64,000 nt of DNA from a bacterium (GTDB taxonomy: Bacteria; Bacillota_I; Bacilli_A; RFN20; CAG-826), in contig CAVHQU010000001.1 in the NCBI GenBank assembly GCA_963638555.1, forward strand, positions 169,309 through 233,308, written 5' to 3'. Below the pieces are notes generated by a model. That model was not told where the DNA came from, searched no databases, and saw nothing but the letters and a program-made list of their open reading frames with translations. The translations under genes were made by a program, and so were the position numbers. Of this stretch, positions 18,504-27,090 are shown in pieces. Numbering within the stretch: position 1 is the first letter of the stretch; every line of letters begins with the position of its first letter.

Positions 18504-20480
18504 TTATTCGGCTGTTACAACTTGTGAGAATTCCATCGTAGATGAATCGGAATCACATTCGAGAGTTAAGCCAAGTTTGTCTGCCTTTCCATCAACAAGG
18601 AACATGCTAACACGGCCTTCATCCCAGTTTTTCCAAGAAGAGGAAAAATCAGAGAATGAAATCTCATTTTCATCTAATTCCCATTTGAACGTATCCGTAT
18701 ATTCTTTACCAGAATCGGTGATAGTTTGAACTCTTTCACATGTACCATCAGCAGAGAACTTAAGCGTAACGGAATATCCCCAAATACTAGTATGTGTGAA
18801 TGTATGATTCACTAAGAAATTGGTAAAATTGGTTTGTGAATTGATGACATAGAATTTCTTTTCGACTTTTACTGTTGGGTCAGCTGCTGAAGCCAAAGTA
18901 ATTGTTACCAATCCTTGTTTTTTTGTCGTGATTGTTAATTCTCCGCTAGAGGAAACCTCAACTGTAAGTCTATCTTCATTCGATGAAGTCGCAGTTATTG
19001 GTTCGTTGATTGTGCTTGATGGTTCAGTAGCGTAACGCCATGTATATGTTTTTCCAGAAAGTAAACTTGTTGATCTGTTTCCGATATCAGATGTTGAGCT
19101 AAAGGAAATTGAGGCGATTTGCGCTTTAGTAACGGTGACGCCACTAACAGTGATGCTTGTTAAGTAATAAGCGCCTGTCGTTTCTCTCTTGGCGTAATAT
19201 TCATACGTTAAATCAGCCGTACCCGCGCCAACGATTTCGAAATTGCCTTGATCATCAACTTTAATAACATCTTCGTTTGATGACGCTGAAGCGGTTAATT
19301 GAGTATAAACAGTATTAGCTGGTTCATATTTGTTTGCATAGCCGTAAATTGTTGAATATGAGCTTGAAACGGTTAAGTCTTCAACATCATGGACTTTCCA
19401 ATATGAGTCTTTGGCAGTTAATTTAACCGATGAAACATTCGTAAGGAAATAATCATTTGGATTGATAACATCATCACCAAATCCATCGGTCTTTGTTCCG
19501 TAGGTGATTGTGCCAGACTCTTTTAATGAAGAAAAAGCAGTATCCGTTGGATCGTCGTCCATAGAATATGTGACCTTATTTAAACAATCATACGAAATCA
19601 ATCTTGTCTTAGTGGAATTCATCGTATATTCCGCTTTAAGCTGAGTCGTAACAGTTTGACCGCTTTCAGTGTAAGAATATGTAACATCGATATTGTAATA
19701 GATATCGCCATTTTCTAAGGTAACTGGTGTTACTTTAGTCTTTCCTGTCTGAGCAACATACATATTTTCGACGATATTGCTGCCAATAAAGTTATATAAA
19801 TTGCCAGTTAAGTTTGCAGCTGCATTCGCTTGGAAATCAGATGAAAGAATATATTGAGAGGAGGATAATCCTGCAGCAGTTGCTTCTGCATCAGTATCCA
19901 CTATAAATAGTTTTGAAGCAGAATCTTGATATGCTTGTGGATTCTTGCTTGGATTGCTGTAGTCGGTAACTTTAACGAACATCTCAAATTCGTTTGTTTT
20001 AGAAGAGTCAGTTTCATCTTCATAAGCATCAGTTACTTTTGTTGCGACAGTTTTAAAAGTATCGCTTGTCTCTAATTTTCCATCAACAAGACGTTTGTAG
20101 GTTCCTGTTGAGGAAGATGATCCATCTAAGTAGTTTGTGTATACTTGTTCAGTCGTATTAACAATTGATGTGCTGGAATCAACATTCTTATAAGTAACAC
20201 TTGCGGCATTATTTAATTCTTCTTTTTGAAGTTTGGCGATTTCAGCTAAAGCATCTTCAAATGAAATGGAGTTATCATCGATTGAAGACGATGAAGATTC
20301 GCTACTTGATGAAGACTCAGAAGAGATTTCAGATTCACTTGAAGAGGATTTCTCGCTCGTTGAAGAACTCTCACTTGTGCTATTCTCGGAAGAATTTGCA
20401 TCGACGGACGAATTTGCAGTTCCACATCCAGCAAGTAATATTGCTAATGAGAGTACGCCAATTAATTTAGTTTTTTTCAT
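18504..20480 (-). CDS. Large surface lipoprotein with Ser-rich linker
   Basis: MKKTKLIGVLSLAILLAGC lipobox followed by an S/E-rich tract of about 50 aa. The C-terminus is beta-rich and lipocalin-like. Confidence 0.7.
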   Translation of the reverse strand: MKKTKLIGVLSLAILLAGCGTANSSVDANSSENSTSESSSTSEKSSSSESEISSESSSSSESSSSSIDDNSISFEDALAEIAKLQKEELNNAASVTYKNVDSSTSIVNTTEQVYTNYLDGSSSSTGTYKRLVDGKLETSDTFKTVATKVTDAYEDETDSSKTNEFEMFVKVTDYSNPSKNPQAYQDSASKLFIVDTDAEATAAGLSSSQYILSSDFQANAAANLTGNLYNFIGSNIVENMYVAQTGKTKVTPVTLENGDIYYNIDVTYSYTESGQTVTTQLKAEYTMNSTKTRLISYDCLNKVTYSMDDDPTDTAFSSLKESGTITYGTKTDGFGDDVINPNDYFLTNVSSVKLTAKDSYWKVHDVEDLTVSSSYSTIYGYANKYEPANTVYTQLTASASSNEDVIKVDDQGNFEIVGAGTADLTYEYYAKRETTGAYYLTSITVSGVTVTKAQIASISFSSTSDIGNRSTSLLSGKTYTWRYATEPSSTINEPITATSSNEDRLTVEVSSSGELTITTKKQGLVTITLASAADPTVKVEKKFYVINSQTNFTNFLVNHTFTHTSIWGYSVTLKFSADGTCERVQTITDSGKEYTDTFKWELDENEISFSDFSSSWKNWDEGRVSMFLVDGKADKLGLTLECDSDSSTMEFSQVVTAE

Positions 20481-20591
20481 TATGTTATGACCTCCAAAGG
20501 GGTTTCTTAGTGAGACTAAGACTCGTGCATTATATTACAAAAAGAATTAAAGTGTGCTTTTTAATTTCTATATGTATATAATTCTCACGTT

Positions 20592-21419
20592 ATGAAAAAG
20601 AATTTATTGTTATTATTAGCCTCTAGCATGTTGCTTGGAGCGTGCACTGGAAACTCTCAAGAATCATCTTCTCCAAATCAAGCATCTTCATCTTCTGAAG
20701 CTATTTCATCTGAAGAATCATCAAGCGAGGAATCTTCATCTTCTCAAGAACTTCATATTGACACAAGATTAGTTGGTACATGGTACATCAACTCTTCAAC
20801 TACGGGAACGTTGCCAATCAATGGAATATTTACCGTAAACGCTGATGACACGCTTGAAATAGGTGAAAGAACCTTGACACTAAGTGGTCATTACGAAACA
20901 TATGAAGAAACTTATAAATTCGTATATGGATCGATTTCTTTTATCATTTCGTACGATGAAGATCATGATTACGCCGACTATGCATATCAAAACACAAACG
21001 AATCTGATCTTGGCTATGCCGCTAAAACACCAGTTCAATCTTCTAAATATGATTATGAAGGTGACACATTCCCAATGACGCAGTCTAAGGAATACCTAGA
21101 AACATCTTTAGATTTACCAACTTTTACTGCAACATCATATGCAGTGCAACTTTATACATCGCCACTATATGAAGTTAAATGTGCTGATATCGTTTGCTTC
21201 GGCGCAACTTTAGCAACCACTTCAGCTTATTTACAAACTTTATTAGATGATAATTATGAACTCTCTTACAAGAGCGGAACAATTTCAGAGCAAACATTCT
21301 ACACAGGACACGATTCTGCTAAAACATATTCTTTAAGAGTCATATTCTACAAAGGAGATACTGCTGCTGAAAATGAAGCGCATATCTTCTTATATAATTA
21401 CAATGAAAAGATTGCCTAG
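20592..21419 (+). CDS. Lipoprotein with Ser-rich linker
   Basis: MKKNLLLLLASSMLLGAC lipobox followed by a Ser-rich tract. TATAAT lies 9 nt upstream of the ATG and there is no SD. Confidence 0.7.
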   Translation: MKKNLLLLLASSMLLGACTGNSQESSSPNQASSSSEAISSEESSSEESSSSQELHIDTRLVGTWYINSSTTGTLPINGIFTVNADDTLEIGERTLTLSGHYETYEETYKFVYGSISFIISYDEDHDYADYAYQNTNESDLGYAAKTPVQSSKYDYEGDTFPMTQSKEYLETSLDLPTFTATSYAVQLYTSPLYEVKCADIVCFGATLATTSAYLQTLLDDNYELSYKSGTISEQTFYTGHDSAKTYSLRVIFYKGDTAAENEAHIFLYNYNEKIA

Positions 21420-21428
21420 GAGAAGAAC

Positions 21429-22301
21429 ATGAAGAAATACTTATTGCCTTTATTAAGCTCAATCTTATTGCTCGGAGCATGTACAGGAGCAAAAGAAAAT
21501 ACCTCTTCATCAAGTGAAGAGATTTCTTCCGATTCTTCAATTGAATCATCTTCTAGCGAATCAGAACAATACAAAGCATTGAATGCCTTAGCTGATAAAC
21601 TTTTCTCTCTTGAGGGAGAAGTCAAAACAGCCAAGACGATCATGAATAGAGAATTCATCTATCCAGGAACAGGCTCTTTCACAATGAATGTTAAGAATGT
21701 CTATGAAACAACTAGATATACTCATAGCACGTCAGATTATGTTGTAGAAACAAACGGAACGGAAACAATTGAGGGTTCCTCTTCTTCAACATACAAGACT
21801 CAAATATACAACGACACAAAGAAGTTCTATAAAGTAACTGCATACGAAGGCGAAAGCAATACCGTCGAAAGTAATACTTACGATGTTGAAAAAGTCGAAG
21901 CAACATACGATGTTGGCCCTGCTCAAACAGAAATAGCAAATTTCCAAGCCATTCTATTAAATGAGCAATCGTACGCCGAAAAAGGAACCCCTGAGCTCTT
22001 TGAATGGACATTTGATAACATCGAAGGCATCGAAGAGGATGAATTCCTCAAGTATTCTTACACAATCTCCATATATCAAACGCAAGAAGGGAGAAAAACT
22101 CTAACAACTTCTTACAAATACGAAAACACATTCACGATTAAAAATGATTTAATCACGAAACTTGAACAAAAATATGAGATGAATCAATATGTGAGTTCTG
22201 CAACAAACACTTTGAAAGTATCTCTTACAACAGAATACACTCAAGGGCAGTTTGAAGAATTTACAGGTACTCTCTTAAGTAACAAGAAAACATTAAATTA
22301 A
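21429..22301 (+). CDS. Lipoprotein with Ser-rich linker
   Basis: MKKYLLPLLSSILLLGAC lipobox followed by a Ser-rich tract. SD aggagaag. Confidence 0.7.
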   Translation: MKKYLLPLLSSILLLGACTGAKENTSSSSEEISSDSSIESSSSESEQYKALNALADKLFSLEGEVKTAKTIMNREFIYPGTGSFTMNVKNVYETTRYTHSTSDYVVETNGTETIEGSSSSTYKTQIYNDTKKFYKVTAYEGESNTVESNTYDVEKVEATYDVGPAQTEIANFQAILLNEQSYAEKGTPELFEWTFDNIEGIEEDEFLKYSYTISIYQTQEGRKTLTTSYKYENTFTIKNDLITKLEQKYEMNQYVSSATNTLKVSLTTEYTQGQFEEFTGTLLSNKKTLN

Positions 22302-22302
22302 G

Positions 22303-22336
22303 AAAAAGAACGGATGCGTGTGTCCGTTCTTTTTTA
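22303..22336. terminator. Bidirectional terminator between convergent genes
   Basis: aaaaa-gaacgga-(tgcgtgtg)-tccgttc-tttttt. Coordinates +/-1 nt. Confidence 0.6.
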
Positions 22337-23584
22337 TTTTTCAGCATCTGTTCCTGATAAGAAATCAGTTATAGCGTCATCGAAATTGATAACGATATGG
22401 ACAGTTTTTCCATATCTATTATCGATAAATTTAGATAAATCGTTTTTTATTTGTTTTCGTTCCTTCTCATTATCCATCTCATCAGGGAGGATCATGTCAA
22501 AAATAAGATTGACGTTTTTCTCTCCCGAAACAATCCTGAAGTCATGGAAATGTATATCTTTGTTTGTTTTTGAAATGAATTCTTCGACAAGTTTCTTGTA
22601 TTTTTCAGTATCGGGATCATCAATCATTATCGGATCCATATGAACAGTGAGATGGATATGTAGCAATGAATAGGTTTCTTTTTCTAATAAATCGCACAGT
22701 TCATGAGAAATCATAACATCGTTTTTTGCATCTACTTCAACGTGTATGACACCAAAAATAACTTGTCCATAAGTATGAAGCTCCAAATCATGAACGCCTA
22801 AAACACCATTATGTTTCAAAAGGAGATTTACCAAAGACTTGATCAATTCTTCAGACGGCTTTTCTCCAACAAGAGAATTTGCCGCCTCTTTGATGATTCC
22901 TATGCCAGAAACAATAACTAAAACAGCAACGAACAAGGTGAAGAAACAATCAACATCATATTTAGTAAAGTATGAAATAAGAATTCCAATGATTACTAGG
23001 GAAGTAGATATGCAATCATTAAGAGCATCTTTACCTAACGCCTTCAATTGTTGAGAATTAATTCTCTTTCCGTAAGAAAAATATATCGAGGATTGGGTTA
23101 TCTTAACTAAAATAGCTAAAGAAAGTAAGCATAAGGAGACAACATACATCGTATAAGAGAATTCTCTAATTGATGGGGTACCCGTATTAATTATTGATTG
23201 AATAAAGGTTATTAAATCTCTTGCTCCTTGGTATGCCATTACGGCACCTAAGGCGATGATTACACAGCCAATAATCAAAGAAATAATGTATTCGGTTCTT
23301 TGATGGCCATATGGGTGTTCTTTATCGGCAGGCTTAAAGGTCATTTTCACGCCAAATACACTTAAAGCGTTATTCCCAAAATCAGAAAGGTTATTAACGG
23401 AATCAGATATCAATGAGTATAGTCCTAAAATGATACCCATGATAATTTTAGAAATGAAAAGCAAAAAATTAGTTATTAATCCAAAAAAAGATGCGACAAG
23501 CCCGTGCTTCTTTTGAACCACTGGATCTTTAACGTTTTTGTAGTCTTTAACAAATAATTTAAGTAATAGCTTTCCCATACACAT
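22334..23584 (-). CDS. Cation diffusion facilitator (CDF) family metal efflux transporter
   Basis: Six TM helices plus a cytoplasmic C-terminal domain, with CDF-typical blocks (SDSVNNLSDF; HPYGHQRTEY; HLTVHMDP). The track ORF starts at TTG 23599; ATG 23584 or 23578 is more likely. Confidence 0.75.
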   Translation of the reverse strand: MCMGKLLLKLFVKDYKNVKDPVVQKKHGLVASFFGLITNFLLFISKIIMGIILGLYSLISDSVNNLSDFGNNALSVFGVKMTFKPADKEHPYGHQRTEYIISLIIGCVIIALGAVMAYQGARDLITFIQSIINTGTPSIREFSYTMYVVSLCLLSLAILVKITQSSIYFSYGKRINSQQLKALGKDALNDCISTSLVIIGILISYFTKYDVDCFFTLFVAVLVIVSGIGIIKEAANSLVGEKPSEELIKSLVNLLLKHNGVLGVHDLELHTYGQVIFGVIHVEVDAKNDVMISHELCDLLEKETYSLLHIHLTVHMDPIMIDDPDTEKYKKLVEEFISKTNKDIHFHDFRIVSGEKNVNLIFDMILPDEMDNEKERKQIKNDLSKFIDNRYGKTVHIVINFDDAITDFLSGTDAEK

Positions 23585-23686
23585 GGATTGTAAGGCCAAA
23601 TGAAAAGTATGTATAAATTAACTTATAAAAATCTTTCAATTTAACGAAATGATTTTTATTTTTCTTATGTGATATACTAATGCCGT

Positions 23687-24391
23687 ATGATAAATGTCGC
23701 TATCGTTGAAGACAACAAGCAAGATTCCGAAAGGCTCGAATCTTTCCTAGTCAAATATCAGGGAGAAAATAAAGTAGATTTTGATATTAAGAAATTTGAG
23801 GATCCTACCCCTTTCTTAAAAACATATCATTCTGATTATGATTTGATATTTTTTGACATTCAAATGCCTAATATGAATGGCATGGATGCAGCAAAAGAAA
23901 TTCGTAAAATAGATAAGAAAGTTTTAATTGTATTCATCACTTATCTAGGACAATGCGCAATACAAGGCTATCAAGTTGAAGCACTTGATTTCGTCGTTAA
24001 ACCGATTGAATATGATGAATTCAAGTTAAAAATAGAACGTGCCTTATGTAGAATTCATAAAGATGAGAAAAAATTCATAATGATCAAGCAAAGGGCAACT
24101 GAAATTAAAATTCTTCAAGAAGATATCATTTACGTTGAGTCGATGCATCATCGAACCTTCTATCACACGGCAAACGAAATATATAAAGTAACGACCCCGT
24201 TAAGTAAAATAGAAAAGATTTTGGATCAAGACATGTTTGCTAGATGCAACAATTGTTATCTCGTAAATCTAAGATATGTCACTGGCATTATTGATCACGA
24301 TTGTCAATTAGGCGACATCACTTTGCAAATCTCTCAGCCTAGAAAGAAAGAATTTCTATCTAGATTTATAGATTATATGGAGGGCAAATGA
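23687..24391 (+). CDS. LytTR-family response regulator
   Basis: Receiver domain (DLIFFDIQMPNMNGMD) plus a LytTR DNA-binding C-terminus (IIYVES..HRTFYHT; FARCNNCYLVNLRYV). An extended -10 (TGaTATACT) lies 8 nt before the ATG. Confidence 0.85.
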   Translation: MINVAIVEDNKQDSERLESFLVKYQGENKVDFDIKKFEDPTPFLKTYHSDYDLIFFDIQMPNMNGMDAAKEIRKIDKKVLIVFITYLGQCAIQGYQVEALDFVVKPIEYDEFKLKIERALCRIHKDEKKFIMIKQRATEIKILQEDIIYVESMHHRTFYHTANEIYKVTTPLSKIEKILDQDMFARCNNCYLVNLRYVTGIIDHDCQLGDITLQISQPRKKEFLSRFIDYMEGK

Positions 24392-25743
24392 TATCAACTT
24401 GGCTTAGCAATTTTCTAAACAATCTTATTCCAGGTTTATCTACACAATTTGTCATCGTTCTTTCGTATACGATAGAAATGATTGTTGCATGTTTAATATT
24501 TGGAATAAGAATCCCTAGGAGAAAAGGCTTCTTTTGGATTGTGCCTGTCTATATTGTAGGCTGTTTCCTACTAATTTTCCCTGTCTCTATATTGCGTTTA
24601 TATATAAATAATTGGAATAGATTCGGCACAGGCATTTTTCACTCGACTTACGGCTCTTTATTGATTATTGGCTATTTGTTTGCTGCCCATAAAGAAGAAA
24701 CGTATGAAACGATGCTTGATTTCGTTTCCATAGATGCTTCAACAATGTTAATTGGTAAATTCTATTCACTTCTTCTAAATATGGCAGGCAAAGATACAAC
24801 TAAATCGATGTCTTTTTTCCAAGATAGCAATAATCTAAGAGATTGGAGCATATACTGGATTTTGCATATCATTCTATACATACTCTTCGTCTTCCTTTTC
24901 TTCAATCAAAGAAGCCAATCTCTATCACACAAAGCAAAAAGAAACATCCTTGCATTAACTATTGGGTCCGTTCTTTTAATGAATATTGTTTTTTCGATAT
25001 CAAGTCCTTACGAAACGGAATCGATGGCATTAATGATAGTTATCAAACTTTTCACATGCCTTATTTGTTTATTCATTCTTTTCATCCGTGCAGGTTTGCT
25101 TAATCAATCGAAGAAAGAAAACGAAGCGGAACTCATGTATGAACTCTTTACGCAAGAAAAACAGCAATTTGATTCATGCAGAGCCTCAATCGATGTAATC
25201 AATAGAAAAACTCATGATCTTCGTCATCAATTGTCTTCCCTTGAAGGGAAACTCTCACAAGAAGAGATCAAAGAGTTAAAAGACGCAACACGTATATATG
25301 ATTCAACAATTCAAACTGGGAATGATGTTCTTGATGCAATAATATACGAAAAGCAACTACGTTTTGAAAAAGAAAACATCCACTTCACCTGCATGTTAGA
25401 TGGAAAGGCAGTTTCTTTCATTAAGCAAGAACATCTATATTCTTTGATGAATAATCTTTTGGGCAATGCCATCGAAGCAACTTCGAAACTAAAAGAGGGA
25501 AGAATCATCGATTTAACAATTAAAAAGAAAATGGGCTTCATCATCATTGAAGAGTTGAACACATTTGATGGCAAAATCTCTTTTGATGACAAAAACCGCC
25601 CAATTTCAAGCAAAAAAGATGGCCATAATCATGGCTTTGGAACAAAAAACATATCTTACGTAGTTAAGGAATATCATGGCGAAATAAAATATCAAACTCA
25701 AGACAATACATTCCGCGTCTTAATCTATTTTCCAGATAATTAA
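24388..25743 (+). CDS. AgrC/HPK10-like membrane sensor histidine kinase (GHKL ATPase)
   Basis: Overlaps the regulator gene by 4 nt. N-terminal half is multi-TM. H-box KTHDLRHQL; ATPase blocks NLLGNAIEA and GHGFGTKNI. Confidence 0.8.
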   Translation: MISTWLSNFLNNLIPGLSTQFVIVLSYTIEMIVACLIFGIRIPRRKGFFWIVPVYIVGCFLLIFPVSILRLYINNWNRFGTGIFHSTYGSLLIIGYLFAAHKEETYETMLDFVSIDASTMLIGKFYSLLLNMAGKDTTKSMSFFQDSNNLRDWSIYWILHIILYILFVFLFFNQRSQSLSHKAKRNILALTIGSVLLMNIVFSISSPYETESMALMIVIKLFTCLICLFILFIRAGLLNQSKKENEAELMYELFTQEKQQFDSCRASIDVINRKTHDLRHQLSSLEGKLSQEEIKELKDATRIYDSTIQTGNDVLDAIIYEKQLRFEKENIHFTCMLDGKAVSFIKQEHLYSLMNNLLGNAIEATSKLKEGRIIDLTIKKKMGFIIIEELNTFDGKISFDDKNRPISSKKDGHNHGFGTKNISYVVKEYHGEIKYQTQDNTFRVLIYFPDN

Positions 25744-25752
25744 AAATGTTAA

Positions 25753-25783
25753 TTTGGTTCATCTAAATTAGAGTTTGGTTCAT
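25753..25783 (+). promoter_or_regulatory. Direct repeat TTTGGTTCAT-N11-TTTGGTTCAT (21-bp register): candidate LytTR binding site
   Basis: Two perfect 10-mers starting at 25753 and 25774. A TAAAAT -10-like hexamer lies about 8 nt downstream (25792-25797). The site sits between the TCS and the lipoprotein/GH3 operon. Confidence 0.5.
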
Positions 25784-25849
25784 TAGTCTTTTAAAATGTA
25801 AGCGGTTTCTTTAATGTTTCCTCACAATCAAAATTTTGGAGGAAACACA

Positions 25850-27073
25850 ATGAAAAAGATTTTGACAATTAGTCTCCTAGCGACAATGGGCGCTTTGATG
25901 ACACTCACATCCTGTGGCGGAAGCAAGGAAAACACCGATTCATCAGCAAATGGTGCCTCTTCTGAAGAAACCGCTTCTTCTATCCAACCTGTAGTAGAAA
26001 GAAAATTGACTGGTTCATATTTAACTAGCGCTCAACTTTCTTATATGAATATGCGTCCAACATACAACTACTACACCACAAAATTCTCGTTCGAAGGCCT
26101 TGAAACATATTCAGATGGTTCTTACGTCTTCACGTTGGTTTCAATGTGCTATTCAGGTTTAAACTTACCAGAATCAGGTTCTGATGCCAGTGGATCCGAA
26201 AGAGAAAATTTTGTCAAAAAGTTCTATGGAACATATACATCTAAAACAAATGAATTAGATGATAGTATGTTAGACATCACTCTTGATATTCCTACACGTC
26301 TTACTAATGCATATAACTGTCAATATTTTGCTGATACAGCCGCCTGGACAGATGCAATGGCAACAGCCGTTTCAACAGATTCCTATGGTAACGTTTCAGA
26401 AACAAAATACACCGCTGAAACATATTTAGCGTCCCAAGCCTTCAATAAGACGACAGTTTCCGTTACAACATCTACCGCATCATTCGATTATTTCACTTTA
26501 AGAGAAGATGGCGCAGCTGATCCAAAAGTCACCGTCTCAACCGAAACATATGGTCTAACCGGTGCCTATCTTTCCCCATCAAGTTTAGCTTATAGCAATT
26601 TCCGCCCAACATATAACTACTACACCACAAGATTCGCGGAAGAGTACATCGAAACATATTCAGATGGAACATATCGCGCAGATATCATTTCTTCTATGTT
26701 CTCTGGATTAAACTTACCAGAAGAAGGAAATGATGCTAGTGGATCTGATCGTGCGAACTATATTCAAAGCTTCTATGGCAAATACGCATCCAAGACAAAT
26801 GAATTAGATGAAACCATGATTGATTTAACAATCAAATCACCAACGACAGTTAAATTAACATACGATGCTGCCTATTTCATTGATTCTGACAATTGGACAG
26901 ACGCAATGTCTAATGCAACCGCAACAACCGATAGAACAACTGGTGAGAAAACAATCAATTATAAAACTGGGGCAGAATATTTGAATGCAGTCAAATTCGA
27001 TGATCAAGAAATCTCTGTTACCACTTCAACAGCGTCATTTGATTTTATTAAATTAAGCGCTGAACTTAACTAA
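25850..27073 (+). CDS. Lipoprotein containing a tandem duplication of a ~170-aa domain
   Basis: Start moved to ATG 25850 (SD ggagg); the track ORF begins at 25814. Lipobox LMTLTSC. The repeats begin at nt 26006 and 26555 (LTGSYL..RPTYNYYTTKF..YSDGSY..SGLNLPE..DASGS..TNELD / LTGAYL..RPTYNYYTTRF..YSDGTY..). Confidence 0.75.
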   Translation: MKKILTISLLATMGALMTLTSCGGSKENTDSSANGASSEETASSIQPVVERKLTGSYLTSAQLSYMNMRPTYNYYTTKFSFEGLETYSDGSYVFTLVSMCYSGLNLPESGSDASGSERENFVKKFYGTYTSKTNELDDSMLDITLDIPTRLTNAYNCQYFADTAAWTDAMATAVSTDSYGNVSETKYTAETYLASQAFNKTTVSVTTSTASFDYFTLREDGAADPKVTVSTETYGLTGAYLSPSSLAYSNFRPTYNYYTTRFAEEYIETYSDGTYRADIISSMFSGLNLPEEGNDASGSDRANYIQSFYGKYASKTNELDETMIDLTIKSPTTVKLTYDAAYFIDSDNWTDAMSNATATTDRTTGEKTINYKTGAEYLNAVKFDDQEISVTTSTASFDFIKLSAELN

Positions 27074-27090
27074 TTTAAGGGGCACGTGTA

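Noticed and set aside
23600-23686. Small autoinducing-peptide gene upstream of the LytTR TCS
   Set aside because: No ORF with an RBS lies in this gap or in 25744-25849, and no AgrB-like gene is in the window.
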